From NCBI RefSeq assembly GCF_006345805.1, contig NW_021832528.1:210786-274785 (forward strand): a stretch of DNA of 64,000 nucleotides, in the 5' to 3' direction. This document shows positions 12,400-24,619 of this stretch, piece after piece. Below the pieces are notes generated by a model that saw only the letters and a program-made list of their open reading frames with translations, had not been told where the DNA came from and searched no databases. A program made the translations under genes and the position numbers. Each line of letters begins with the position of its first letter. Positions within the stretch are counted from its first letter, which is position 1. Origin of the DNA: Octopus sinensis. Its lineage: Eukaryota.

Positions 12400-13420
12400 T
12401 TATATGCTGGCTAGGTAAGTAGCTAAGCAAATAGTCGAAAGTATAGGGGACAGCTCGACGACACCGCCTGCGTATTGAATGACAGTTTCCGCAGAGCACA
12501 GCGACAGAGATTGGCTAGAAAAGCCAACTTGTTCCTTCCGGTCATTTGTTTTCGGAGATTTTCTTACCAATGTCGGTGAGGAGTTAATTTGCAGACGATT
12601 CAGAGGTTTAAAAAGCGAATTCAAAAGATCGGATAAAGTAAGCACCTTAATTTCGTCCCATTTTGAAGAGAAGGATTTTACTGTGCCATGGTCGGAAGTT
12701 GGAGAGCCCAAGATGTGATCGCTGGTAAGTGCCCAAGCCGTGAAGTGAGAGTAAGCATCACCAGGACATATCTTGCAGTTTATTTGCAGGTCTCCGTTCA
12801 CCTCAAAGTCGATTAAACACAAAATTTTGTAGAACTATTGGGAGGTTCACATAAAAATTAAATTTTCATAATCCGCTTGTTATTCTTGTCCTACGTTACT
12901 ATTTTTAATTACCCCAAAAAAATCAATTTTTGTTAATTGGAACAATCGTTAGCGCATTTGAGTGTTTACAAGTATAAGTTATGACAAATAGAAACTTCAG
13001 ATTTAGGAGCTTGACGTTTACTTTACAACCAACTTTGCTAACATCTATGAGACGGTCGTGGCCCATATTGAGGATATTTTTCAGTTGTACACTTCTCCAT
13101 ATAACTCTGGAAAAACTGAACAGATCGAGATGTCATACTCAGTCGATCGAAAGTCTCAAATAATGCGAGCAAAATATTTTCTTTGCTGCTGACATCAGAC
13201 AAATTTATCAGGTCTGGCTTATAGAAACTTAACAAAATGACTTTTAGTCAGTCAAATTTAGCGGAGTACAGCACAGTGAGGGCTTTAGTTGACATTTCTC
13301 TATTCGTTGGATAACTCCATGTTTTCTACAGGTTTGAAATAAAATGTCGAACCAATAAATTGAGTGGATAGAGAAATGAGGGATTCCTTATTGTACACCA
13401 TCCCTTCGCCAACAACACTA
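12400..13420 (-). other. Endogenous rhabdovirus-like element: L C-terminal region (connector, partial MTase, CTD)
   Basis: PSFL...KTWSYPTNREM ~ VSV L PPFL...KIPTSYPTSNRDM; LLSFYKPDL ~ LLQILYKPFL; CLIDFEV...KI ~ IVMDMEV...KI; GFSSQ...AETVIQYAG ~ GIPSQ...IETMLQIFG. Intronless, with stops and deletions. Confidence 0.72.
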
Positions 13421-14549
13421 AAAACTAACAGAATTAACAAAATAAAACAAACTCGGACAAAAAACGACCCAACTTTTTTAGCATGCTTAAAACTGCAGGG
13501 AACACAACAGATGAGATAAAGTCTAAAATTAATAATAAATGACCCACCTTGGACTCAGTAGGAGGATGATTATAAGCAAAAATGACTGATCAAGTAAAGA
13601 ATTCCTAGAGCATCTTTGAACATATTGCACAATGTCCATAAAATACTGATGCGAAGAATTTTTGGAGAGTTGTGCTGAAAATTAATTTAAAATATAAAAC
13701 TAGAGAGAAAACCTGGGAATGTCTAACATAAAAAAGAACTTGTTTTTTTGAGTTGTCCAGAAAATTTTAGCTAATATAGTTATATTTTATTACTATTTAA
13801 TTGTGTAATATTAAAATTTAATTTGACTGATGTCACATGTTTTAGTGGGGACATGTAATAAAACATTTATTTCAAACAAATCACAAATATATAATTAGTA
13901 ATTAATAAATATATATAAGTGTTAATCTTGACGTTCTAAATTCATTTCTGTATTCAGAAATCTCATCAGACCTTTATAGAGTGAGTTATGAATTCGGTCC
14001 CTGATTTCTTTAGGAAGGTCTGAGAAGAAAACCGAGGTGATTTTCGAACTCAGGAGCAAATTTTAGTTAATTTAGTTATAAATTATTATGTTTTAAAGCG
14101 ATTAAATTTGGTGAATGTTAATTGTTTCTGGTGGCTGCACCACGTGCGATGACCTTCAAGGTCAAATTTGGATCTATTTGAGTCCCATATTGTAATATAT
14201 CAAACCGCAAGTATCTTACTCAATTTGATCAAATACGTCAAAAAAACTTTCTTTAGTGGCAAGCAACATAATAAATCACTTTTAAAATAATAGCGTTCAT
14301 ATTCAAGTCTAAAAATGCGTCTTTATTTTCACCAAAAAAAGCGCGAGATCTCCACTTTTGTGCAACCAATCGACCTGATTTTTTCAGGACAACTGCCTCC
14401 CATGATGGTCTACTATATTAATCTGTTCGACCACCTCTAAACCTTTTTACTATCTCAAACTAAGGAACCATGTAACGTGTACTTAAAAGGTGAAACTTAC
14501 TATGAAAATGAGAAAATAAATAAAATCGGGGCCAAAATTTCCATACGCA

Positions 14550-14665
14550 CTCAGGATCCTCGGGAGGTGGAAGGCTTTTTCAACGGTTCTCGATCGCCGT
14601 TATCCGGGGAACAGTTTAGCGATCCGTCAAGTCGCTGGTCCTCCCATCGATTGATCTCTTAATAC
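14550..14665 (+). mobile_element. CRE 3'-end micro-fragment
   Basis: DPREVE..FQRFSIAVIRGNSLAI (one frameshift). Confidence 0.7.
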
Positions 14666-14899
14666 TTTTGCGAAATACACTCAACCCTCTCAAATTGACC
14701 ACAAATTCTTTTTAATTATGAACATATTTAAGAAATGAATTGCTTAAATAATTAGTAAATTCTTGTCCTACTAACCTATTTACTGTGCTGAGTTCTCTCC
14801 ATAAATGTCAGTAAAACGTATCCATTGACTTCCCTATTACAATCTGAGGCTAGTCAGATATTCTCTGGGACTTTACGATTATCTATAAAAACATTTTTT

Positions 14900-16101
14900 A
14901 ACATTAAAAGTGATCTTTATTAGTAATCGAAGGAAAGGTTAAAAGTCTTATTAGCTTTTTTAATTATAGAAGTGTCTGAATTATATAACTCCCAGTAAAT
15001 CCGATTATGAATCCAAACATTCTATTAGTAGCCACGTTTGTGGGTTTCTTTATTGTTGAAATGGCCGGATTTTGTGATATGCAATTTTCAAGGCCAATTT
15101 TTATATCCTTAATAGCCATGTCCTTGCTACTTTCATCAGTTAGGAAAAAATTTTTCGTCATATGAAGATACCAGTTGCCAAAACACATGGACAATTTTTT
15201 TTGTCGTCGCGTCTATAAAAGAATTTAAAATCATACAAACATTTCTTGAAGTTTCATAGCATTTAACGAATCTTCATTAACTCCAAATGATAGTAACAAA
15301 TAATAAATGCTCTCCTTGGATATATAACTCTTAAATAGCTAATAAAATAAATACAATATTAGATGGAAATTCAATATTAGTATACGTTAAATCATCTGCT
15401 GCAAGTTCCAGATCTGAAGTTCCACTAATCATTAGCTTAGTTGAAATTTATACTATTTTATATGTATGTCCAAGTTTTTATCTTTGTTTTTTAATACTAG
15501 CGATATGAAGTCTATAATTAAATTAGTTGTATTGCAATTTTTACACTTATTTAACCCTTGAAAGCCTAGTTTTGTTCTCTTCAAATTATATTTAAAATTT
15601 ATCTCACTTGTCTTTTTCTTATTTTATGGTCTGTAAAAGTTTTAGCTTCTCTTTTTCTATGAGTTGAAGAAGTGAATATCCCAATTTTAAATAAAAATTT
15701 TTTTATTGTTGGTTTTAGTGAAAATAAATTAGTGAAGAAATCATCCTCTATCAACGTATTAGATTACTCAATCACTTACTTATTAGTTTTTTATCATATG
15801 TTAGAAAGACACGTATATTAAAAAATTCGGCAAATAAATACATCAGTAAGGAAAAAACGTTATTCTAAAATTTATTTTATTAAGTTCGTACATATTCGAT
15901 TGGGACAAAAATATCATTAATCTCAAAACTGACCATTTTTTCAAATGTTCTAATTGAATTAAACAGTCAGATTTACAGATGTAAATCTAGCTTCATCTGA
16001 AACATCGTGGTATTTGTAAAAACCATTTCTAGTTTTGTTAACTTATCGGGTTCTTGATTAAACACATTTGGAATAAAGAGAAGTGAGAAGATTAGCAACA
16101 T
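14900..16101 (-). other. Endogenous rhabdovirus-like glycoprotein (G) gene, decayed and internally deleted
   Basis: Signal peptide MLLIFSLLFIPNVFNQ; FICRIF*YTC ~ WMCHASKWVTTC; GHTYKIV..MISGTSDLELAADDLTYTNIEFPSNIV ~ VSV G GPAFTII..MISGTTTERELWDDWAPYEDVEIGPNGV; ISQNP ~ LSKNP; C-terminal TM MFGFIIGFTGSYIIQTLL followed by KKLIR. Confidence 0.62.
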
Positions 16102-16339
16102 GACTCGCCACTGACTGCATAAACTCGATTTATATTGCAATAAGAACGCAATTTAATTCGAATTCCTGACATAACTTGTGAATAAGTCATTTGATTTTTT
16201 CCGCAGTGGCGCCCATAGGATTAGACTTTCCATAAAGAGCAAAATCTGGCATATAACACCATAAGAAAATCTGTAAATAAACAATAAATTTAATCAATTT
16301 TAAGTATGAAAACATTTTTACATGAGTTTTTATTTTCAT

Positions 16340-16800
16340 CTTCTATCGCTCCAGTGCTTAACTGGGATGGTCAGAGGGACTGACTTAGGCCTTCTCTAAA
16401 AGGGCATACCAGAATTCGTCTTTCCGTGCGGATTGCATAAACATGAGTTTAGCGTTGAAAGTAGGAAGTCTGTCTTCCACCACCACTTGTTTGAATTCTC
16501 CAAAGTACCAGAACATGAATCGAAATACTCCAAATTACTCACATCCCTCGAATGTTTGCTCCATTGGGACGACTTTGGCAAACAGGCGTGGGTAGTAGTG
16601 AGGACTGCCACTGCTGCCAACATCCAACAATCACCTGACAATCTATTTTATGACAATTCACCAAAAGATCCATGAATAATGTCAAACCTCGAGGGTCCGT
16701 TGACTATGAAATTGGGATTCGGGACAATTTCCTGGCATAATTAAGTCTTGGACTGACCCACGTGACTTTCCTTGGATTGTTTTGATATAAAATAGAGAAG
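16340..16800 (-). pseudogene. CAPN: Calpain catalytic-domain (CysPc) unprocessed pseudogene fragment
   Basis: W..P.EIVPNPNFIVNGPSRFDI...G|DCWMLAA...[25 protein letters not shown]...[10 protein letters not shown]. Frameshifts, stops and a lost splice donor; micro-introns retained. Confidence 0.85.
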
Positions 16801-16989
16801 AATTAGTGTCAAACTATATAGGTCAGGATTGCGTAGTGCAGAACAGCGCCTATAGTCGTGCACTCCCGCCGAAATTTTTCGCTCGGGTAATATATCCCCA
16901 AAAGATCACAAATAGCAACAACATTGAAATTTCAAGATTGAGCAAAAATATTTGGAAATTGTACTTAAGGTAAAGCCTGGAAACAAATA

Positions 16990-18150
16990 TTGACCATATT
17001 ACTTTAGGTCATATGAAAAAATGGCAAATGAAATCAAAATGACGACAATTGACAGAAAAATTCTAACAATCGTAACGTAGGAGATGGCACTGATTTCTTG
17101 TTTCACCCGAGTATACGATTCCCTTAATCAAAAATTAACAAAGTTACAAATAAAACAGCGAAACTTGTCAAATGACAAAAGGTTTATTTTCCACATAAGT
17201 TTGTCCTCTTTTGAAATTTATTTTATATTGGTCGTCGAGTAGTTAGTTGGATTTATCTTGAAATAAATAATCTTTTTTTATTTATGACACGATTGAATGT
17301 TATTTTCATACAACCCACAAGTTGATTGAATACTACGGACAATTGCATCGACTGGGGAGAGACCTCGTCGACAATGTATGGTAGAGATTGGTCTTGTTTA
17401 GAATAACAAGCCTTATAAAAATAGCCAAAAAGTGAAACATGCCATAATTATTCGAGTTTGTTTCATAGGATAGTTCCACAAATATATTTGATATATTTTT
17501 TGTAAATCTTGCTGGAATGAGTATCGTCGAGAACACAGCAATGTTTGGTTTGGATATTTTAAAGTCTCTAATTTCATTGCTTGGCTTAAATAATGAATGG
17601 CGGAATCAACATATAAATATGATCGAGCTCATATGTATAGATAAGTTTGCAAGGATTGCTGAAGCTGATTTAGACGTTCCGTCATTATCAAATTTTGGAA
17701 ATTTAATAATAAAAAGTGTATATAATTTGAAGAAAAATATAAAATATTGTACATCTGATATATAATGTTATAAACAACACAGATAATAATCATGATTAAA
17801 TCATGATTTTGATTTATACAGGGACTGGGGACATGCAAGAATAAATTGGATAGAAAATTTAAAGAACTTGTACGAGCAAACAAATGATGACACAGATATT
17901 AACGACATGTACATAGAAAAATTAACTTCAATTATCTGAGTTCTTAAATGACAAATCTCATTCTTTAAACAAGTCAGAGCTAAGAGATGCACTTTGAAAG
18001 AAAAATATTGGGAGATCAAACCAATGTCTTCCATCCTCTCTAAAATGTTCATACAAACAACACTATTCTGTGTGACATAATTTTCATACAAACAACACAT
18101 TACAAACAATACCAAATGAACGATTCCAAGTAAACTTTGACACGAATTCC
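16990..18150 (+). other. Endogenous rhabdovirus-like element: L N-terminal/RdRp region
   Basis: INMIELICIDKFARIAEADLDVPSLSNFGNLIIKSV ~ VSV [76 protein letters not shown] ~ [52 protein letters not shown] ~ KHVRMNPNTPIPSK. Intronless, with stops. Confidence 0.88.
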
Positions 18151-18289
18151 AACAGAATTTAACTTTGACACGAAATCTTTATAAACTCATGAGTGAGAAT
18201 CAACAACAAACTGGATCCAATTTATTAAGCGAAGCACTTTCATATATAAACACAACTATTCATTCTTCAATAAACGAAACATTATTTAA

Positions 18290-18720
18290 AATTTTCCACA
18301 GTAGAATGGGAAGGTTGTCATCCCATCCAAGCGCTTGCCGACTCCCCTAACCAGACCACCTGGTTGAAGTACATTGGGGAAACCAGGAGCAATAAATGCT
18401 TTTGTAATGATGTCGTTAAGTACTTCATGACGAAACAAGCGGCTTCGCTCCGGCGGCACGAGAGGGGTTGCAGACCTTTCACATACTTCTGGATCACACC
18501 GATGGGGGGTGTAGATATCAAGACCTAACCGGAGAGCAACTTCAATCTGGAGGGTCTCTTCATTCAATAACGAGCCCGTTAATAGGGTCGGAAAGCGTCG
18601 AGTCAGGACCCAATGTTTGTGTGCTGCGTAAAGCAAGCATGCCAGCCGGTGTTAATCCATTAGTGCCTGTAGACTGAGAGTAGCATTGCAGGCGCGCGTC
18701 CACCTTCCCTTTCCTCCCCC
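18290..18720 (-). mobile_element. CRE-clade fragment (knuckle/RLE region)
   Basis: HKHWVL...LLNEETLQIEVALRLG...RHEVLNDII..AF...QPGGL.RG.GKRLDG. Confidence 0.85.
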
Positions 18721-19365
18721 TCCCACTTTTTTGAACAAAAATAAATTTTTTAATAATGTATATTAATTATAAAATTAGGTTAATAAAATAAAATTTACAA
18801 CAAGCTATTTGATGTGGTATTGGCGTTATTAATAAAATGTAGAATTATTAATGCTGGATAACCTAAGTTCTCTAATAAATAATAACGATCCCGTAAAAAT
18901 AAGGGCATTATAAAAATATATAACTTATTTTAGTCATTATTTGTTGCAACAGCCATTACTGGTACTGCACTATTTTGCCACAGACTTCGTCTGGTAAAAT
19001 TTCATAAAAAACAGCATTTTTAATAGTTTACTAAATTTTGTTCAGTTTCCGATATTCCGAGACATTTTGTCAAAAACCGAGTTAAAATATCGGGGACCGT
19101 ACACCACGTTGACCTTGAAGGGTCAATCCATATAAATGTCCGTCCTCGGTTATTTTCGTTTTTTCCACTACGGAAAAATAACTTTGATCTCATTCCAGCA
19201 AAATTATTGTATATTCGACTCACTGATGTTGGGGTGTCATGGCTGGCAAAAAATGTCACAAATCAATCATGTAGGCTTAAATTGGAGGATTCGGATGGTC
19301 GGGTTGTTTATGGGCAGCTTTATATAGTATTTATATGTCTAATAGGCTATTAGGGACGTTTTAAT

Positions 19366-19560
19366 TTGACTAATTTGAATGTCTATCTTGTGAAGAGAGG
19401 ATTGGCTTTGCCCATACTTTTTAAAAGTTGCGTATACCACAAAGAGCGTTATATGAAAAAACTACAAAATGCTGAACGAATTGCTAAGAGAATGAACCGT
19501 GGTGAATGGAGGAAGCCCTTGTTACAACATTTATTAGAATTTATCAATTTAAGGAATTGA
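19366..19560 (+). mobile_element. RTE-like LINE 3' remnant
   Basis: NRGEWRK resembles the DRGGWRR C-terminus of the RTE family in this window. Confidence 0.5.
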
Positions 19561-19779
19561 TATTTTCATTACAAATATAATTTTTTTCTTTCTTTATTTC
19601 ATATTCTCGTCCTGTAGATAAATTTCGCTTCTCTCTCATTGGTCCGTCCAGATGGCAGTGAGGACTCCATTAAATTTAAAAGTAGTATAATTCTTGTATT
19701 TTTATTTGGTGTTAGATAATAATTCAAGTTCCAGGGTGTACAATTTCATGTCAATTTTTAAAATTGGTTTTGCAGATAC

Positions 19780-21330
19780 AGTCAACCCTCGTAAATCCGA
19801 AAAATTCAAATCGACCTTCCCTCCGGATTATGAAGGAATCCAAAATTTATATGATTGTTAAATAAATTATCAAATTTGTGATCAAATTACTAATCTGTTT
19901 ACAAACACAATTATTTATTGAAAAAATCGAATAAAGCTCTTTGTATAGTGTTTTTTAATTAATTTTGGTAAATCATCTGAGATGTGTTTCAAATTTTTAA
20001 CAGTACCGTTTGTTATATTTTGAGAAAAGCAAAAACTTATGTTAATGACAATTTAAATTGCATCAAATAAAGTGGTCGGACTAAGTAACTCTCATCGACC
20101 TTCAGCATTAGGTATTATATCCCCAACAGTGTATTCTTCTTGAAACAGTGCAATAATTTCATCGTCTAAATTATATGTATAAAAAATTAACTTCTCGTAA
20201 AATAATTTGTATTTGAATATTGTATTTTATCGATTATGACACACAGATTTTTATTATGTAATTAATCCCAATAAATGGGGTGCGTTTAATGATCAATGAC
20301 TAAAATAAATTACCAATTTTTGCTCGGTACGATTATAAATTTTCGGTTTTGTCATCTCATAAAGCCGATCGGAAAGCCGAATCGATAACCTTTATTTTAC
20401 ACTACAGATAACTACAGTAATTGCCGTGTCGCCGATTTCCTACTGTAGAAACTTTTGAAACGAAAATTTGTTCTTCGTTATTGAAGGAGCATTTACAAAG
20501 GCAAAGGACAGACTTTTAAAAAGCCTTCATTCATGGAAATTTAAATAACATCTTTTTTGAATAAATTACATTACTAGAACAACCTTAGTGTTAGATAGGA
20601 GAATATGCCTAACTACACCAATATGCATATAAATAGCAACTATAAAGTCATTGACTCAATCGACCGTCTCATTGTCAGTTCAATAGCTCTCAGAGCATCA
20701 AGCCGGAAAGGAATCCTCACCAAGTTGTCTCTTAGAGTCTACAATTCGTCTCTTTCCCATTGGTCCGTCCAGATGGCAGTGAGGACTCCATTCGAGACAC
20801 GACAAGTCATCCCCGAACAAGTAATTTCAAATTCTCTGGTTTTTCCAAAATTCCAATCCCGATCTGCGAATTGTCGTCCGAACACTTCCCTCTGACAAAC
20901 ATCCGCCTCCCGCACATTCGGATACAGTTCGAAGAAATACGACACAATGGAGCCAACAACGTCATCAACCGACAATAATAAACAAATATCATTGAGACAG
21001 ACGTTTTCTATTTGAAGCATATCTTCTTCAATCATAATTTGGTCTAGCTCATTAAGGTGTCATTTTAATTGATCCAGTTGCATTAGAACATTAACCAACA
21101 GTTATTCGAACTTTAGATTGTTTTACGCCTTTTCTCTGGCTTAATGATATCGTTCTTGTATGAAATGCTTAAAAATTACTTTGCTTTAGTAAAAATAATT
21201 TCATCAGTCAGGTAACCGTCAATAGCATCCATTCGAGATATCCATTTTATCAATGAATTCTCAAGCAGATAATGATTTTTAGAAACTTGTCTATAGTAAG
21301 TGTTTGAGCTCTCACTATTTTTCCATTGTT
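19780..21330. mobile_element. pogo/Tigger remnants
   Basis: TA-CAGTCAACCCTCG terminus at ~19778. Minus-strand LENSLIKWISRM...DEIIFTKAK and KVRITV..CSNATGS peptides at 21060-21330. Confidence 0.55.
20640..21035 (-). CDS. Orphan intronless ORF remnant of unknown origin
   Basis: 98-aa ORF, more GC-rich than its flanks; the frame continues past a TAG. A ~45-nt near-identical copy lies at ~19630-19672. Confidence 0.3.
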
Positions 21331-21344
21331 CTTTATTTTTCAAA

Positions 21345-21800
21345 TTTCAGATAATGTAGAATTTCCTAGATCCAGGTCGAAGAGTTTTCCACATCTACAA
21401 CGGTGCGGCTGGCAAATCTCCATGCCAAGCCGTAAACAGATTCCAATGCGGATTAATTCGTTGTCCAGGAACATACCGGCTGACAAGATCGGTAACGAAC
21501 TTTGAACAGACGGAATGTTTAAGCTCCCGAGAAACCCATTTGTTGACACCAGCCGCATATTCCAACAACTCGCACTGTTCAGAAAAGCGAAAAAGAACAG
21601 AGTTGACGAAATTAGTGAAAGCGGACAAAGATGATATAACACGGAAGGGATAAATCACGGCAAGAGCGAATACCGATACCCCCATAACGAATGGACAAAT
21701 TAACACGCAGCATATCACCAGATTTGAATTTGATATTTACCAGTAGCTCAAGGGCTTTGGAAACCAGATTATCGAGGCGAGTCCTTTTTCTAACTATAGA
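21345..21800 (-). mobile_element. CRE-clade fragment
   Basis: GGIGIRS...LPILSAGMFLDNELIRIGICLRLGMEICQPHRCRCG. Confidence 0.85.
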
Positions 21801-22049
21801 ATTACGAAAAACGTGCTGTTAATTAAATTTGAAAAAATTTTTTAATAATAATAAACAAAATTAATCCGAAATTATATTAATTCAAGCGTTCGGAATGCGG
21901 ATTATTGAATTTTCGGAGCATTAAATCAAATTTGGGAGGAAAAAGTTAGAAAATTTATAATTTCAATTAAAAGATTCGGATTAATGAAGTTTTCGGATTA
22001 TTTACCATTTCACATTTATAAAGAAAGTAATCTTAATGTTCTAAATTGA

Positions 22050-22308
22050 GAAGTTTACGACAATCCTCATTGTCAAAACTGTGGAAATCACTTCGTAGTG
22101 GTCGTCGGTTATGGAACTAAGAATGGAAAAGAGTATTGGTTGGTCAAAAATAGGTACAGTCGATCGTCTTATTGGCAGTTGGTCTCGTTACTACAGAAAG
22201 AAAGGTTATATAAGAATGTCAAGAAATAAGAACAATCAGTGTGGGATCGGACGACGCAATCTTTACCCAATTTTAGAATCAATATTTTCTGATTATTTAC
22301 ACTTTTAA
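22050..22308 (+). pseudogene. CTSL: Cathepsin L-like (papain C1A) C-terminal fragment
   Basis: VYDNPHC...NHFVVVVGYGTKNGKEYWLVKN|SW...GYIRMSRNKNNQCGI, with catalytic His/Asn and a 25-nt intron. The 5' part is missing. Confidence 0.85.
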
Positions 22309-22379
22309 TTCATATTATTTATCAAAACAATTTTTTATTGGAGACTTTATTTCCTATATTCATTTCCAACAGTTTTCAA

Positions 22380-22820
22380 CTTGGGGTTGCACAGATACGG
22401 AACTGACACGTCTTAACAGTTTCCACAGAGGACAATTGAGCAAATTTCGAGTCGTTATACAGAAAGTGTTCTACAAGGCCACTTTGCATTGACATTGCTG
22501 AATCCCACTGGAAGCTATTTGAGCACATACTGCGAATGGACCACTCCGCACCCGCAAATACGGTGATGGAGGATTACTTCCAATGCGACAAACCACGGTT
22601 CCGGGGACGCCTACGCACTACGTTATTTATCGTTCTGAACGTAGAATTCGCCCAAATTAAATCCTGTCTCAAGACCGTTGATGACTTTGACAGGCTGCGG
22701 CTCACAGCGCTTAACCGAGGAAAATGGAGGAGACTTGTTACTAACATTGTTTTGGGTGTTGCACAGGTGAGACTATAATTATTATGGCCCTACAATAAGT
22801 GCGTTGATAATAATAATAAT
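22380..22820 (+). mobile_element. RTE-like LINE 3' end with (TAA)n tail
   Basis: HILRMDHSAPAN..ME.YF...FRGR.R.TL...RGKWRRLV; ataataataataat tail. Confidence 0.85.
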
Positions 22821-23099
22821 TTTCAAAATAATTAGTAAAGTAGTAAGACTTAATCACACAGACATAACATCCAACCACTGCCTGATTTGATCATAACCCT
22901 CAGTGCCCAATTGATTCTCTACGGCAGTCATATCTTAATTGACTCCCAGATCACCCACTCATACCACACAGGATAACTCGACATAACTCTTTCTTAGATA
23001 TATTCCCCGAAATCAATTCAACCACAGCCCGAAACTTGTCTCAAATCTTTAGACATTTACTCAACTCAAAAGACTAAGCACTTCAGTAGGCAGGGACAA

Positions 23100-24180
23100 C
23101 TCTTCTATTGACATATTGCAAATCTTGAAATTTTAGGTTAATAAACTAGATTGTAGGGAATGGGACTTTAACTTTCCAATTTGCTCCAAACTGTGTGCAA
23201 ATAAATGCATTTAAAACCTCGTTGCGCCTCCTCACGCTGTGCCTGTTTAAAATTCTGTTGCACTAATGTCTTTTTAATTTTCATGCAATAATTGCACAGC
23301 GCATCACGAGCAAAAATAAACAAATTTCTATCTTGAAAACGGCAATAAAAAGCTTCACTACTTGGTGTATGTTCCCTTTATTCAACCACTCACTAGAAAT
23401 TTCGAGATCAACATTAGAACCCCTTCTCACCGGAACAAGACAGAATGAAATGACTTGTTCTTAATTTTGTTCAATAAATATGCACAAGAGCCTCTCTCAG
23501 AGATTTGCCAGTGATAAATAGTTTATTAGCTATTTCATATTTAGAAGCAAGAATCCAGGATCGATACTATATGCGGTTTCTGTTTTTAATAACCAACAGG
23601 ATCCAACTTCCTGAGACAGATAGCTGACTTCTTTAGGGTATCTAATAACTGAAGCAGCATTAATTTAGTTTTAAAAGCAATTGATGTCAACCCCTTTCCA
23701 TGCTCTTTCTTGCAAATTAAGCCGCTCTTTATTGGCAGAATTGAGGTGTATTTTTAGTATAATGTATAGTCTTCGTGTTTGGAGATCAATATAATCAAAT
23801 TAAAAATTTTTAATATTGATTAATCCAATTTAATAGTTATATAGAGACAGGACATACTTATTAATTGGTTTGAAATTATTTTTTGTTTTTATACGTTCCT
23901 TCTTTGGTCCTCATGTACTCTAAAATATCTATAGATTTTGACTCCATCCAGAGTTCTGCAGTTCTTCAATGATCCTAGATTAATCGATGACTTGTGGGAA
24001 TTCATCTCAAGCCTCAAAACTTCAAAGTATACAACAATATAATATCCATCATTTTAATTACAGCTTGATACCGGTAACCCTTCTATCCACGACACCAAAT
24101 GGCTTAAAGGGAAGCTCCTTTAAAAAAAGCAATCATTGTTTTGAAGTCAAAGTCAGGGAAACTTTTATCTCCTGATACTT
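23100..24180 (-). mobile_element. Decayed R4/Dong-like RLE LINE (same family as 42.6-46.3 kb)
   Basis: KIHLNSANKERL, SEWLNKGNI and FQDRNLF blocks. Confidence 0.7.
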
Positions 24181-24619
24181 GTCTATAAAAATTTTTTCAA
24201 TTCAATTCAAAGCACCAGGTCTTTTGAAATTTGGTAGGGATTCATGTATTAATATCTTCTTTTCTTTTATTCTAATCATAAGATATGCATTTATTTCTTT
24301 AAATGCACCTTTTCTATGAATTTAATATTTTCTTAAGAGAAACTTGTTTCAAGCTGATTCCATTTATTTAGTCATTTTGAGCTGATATATCAATAGTGAT
24401 TTGCATTTTTATTCTGCGCGGTATTCCATTATCAAGTTCGGAAGTACAAAAAGTTGTGACATTCTTCGATTAAATTGAACATTTTATATCAAAGGAAATT
24501 TCCATTTAGTCCTCCAGTGAAAGCAGCTTGTGGTTCATTAATCGTATGCATGAAATTTTAACTAAAACGTCTCTTTATTGCCGAATCCGTTTAGATCTGT
24601 TAACGATAGAATCCACATA

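Noticed and set aside
13420-13431. AAAAACTAACAG, resembling the VSV gene-junction signal
   Set aside because: It is on the strand opposite to the adjacent L frame, has only A5 and lacks the TG prefix; likely chance in AT-rich DNA.
400-18000. In-frame TGA/TAA at positions that read well as Trp or Tyr (AKFD*LK, NNI*RG, calpain CE*FG and EKA*), suggesting an alternative genetic code
   Set aside because: The intact host genes use TGG for Trp and end in TAA/TAG. The stops occur only in segments that also have frameshifts, so ordinary nonsense decay explains them.
14100-19345. GACCTT(C/G)AAGGTCAA palindromic motif at ~14150 and ~19110 as a regulatory system
   Set aside because: Most likely internal to MITE-like remnants; their ends could not be defined.
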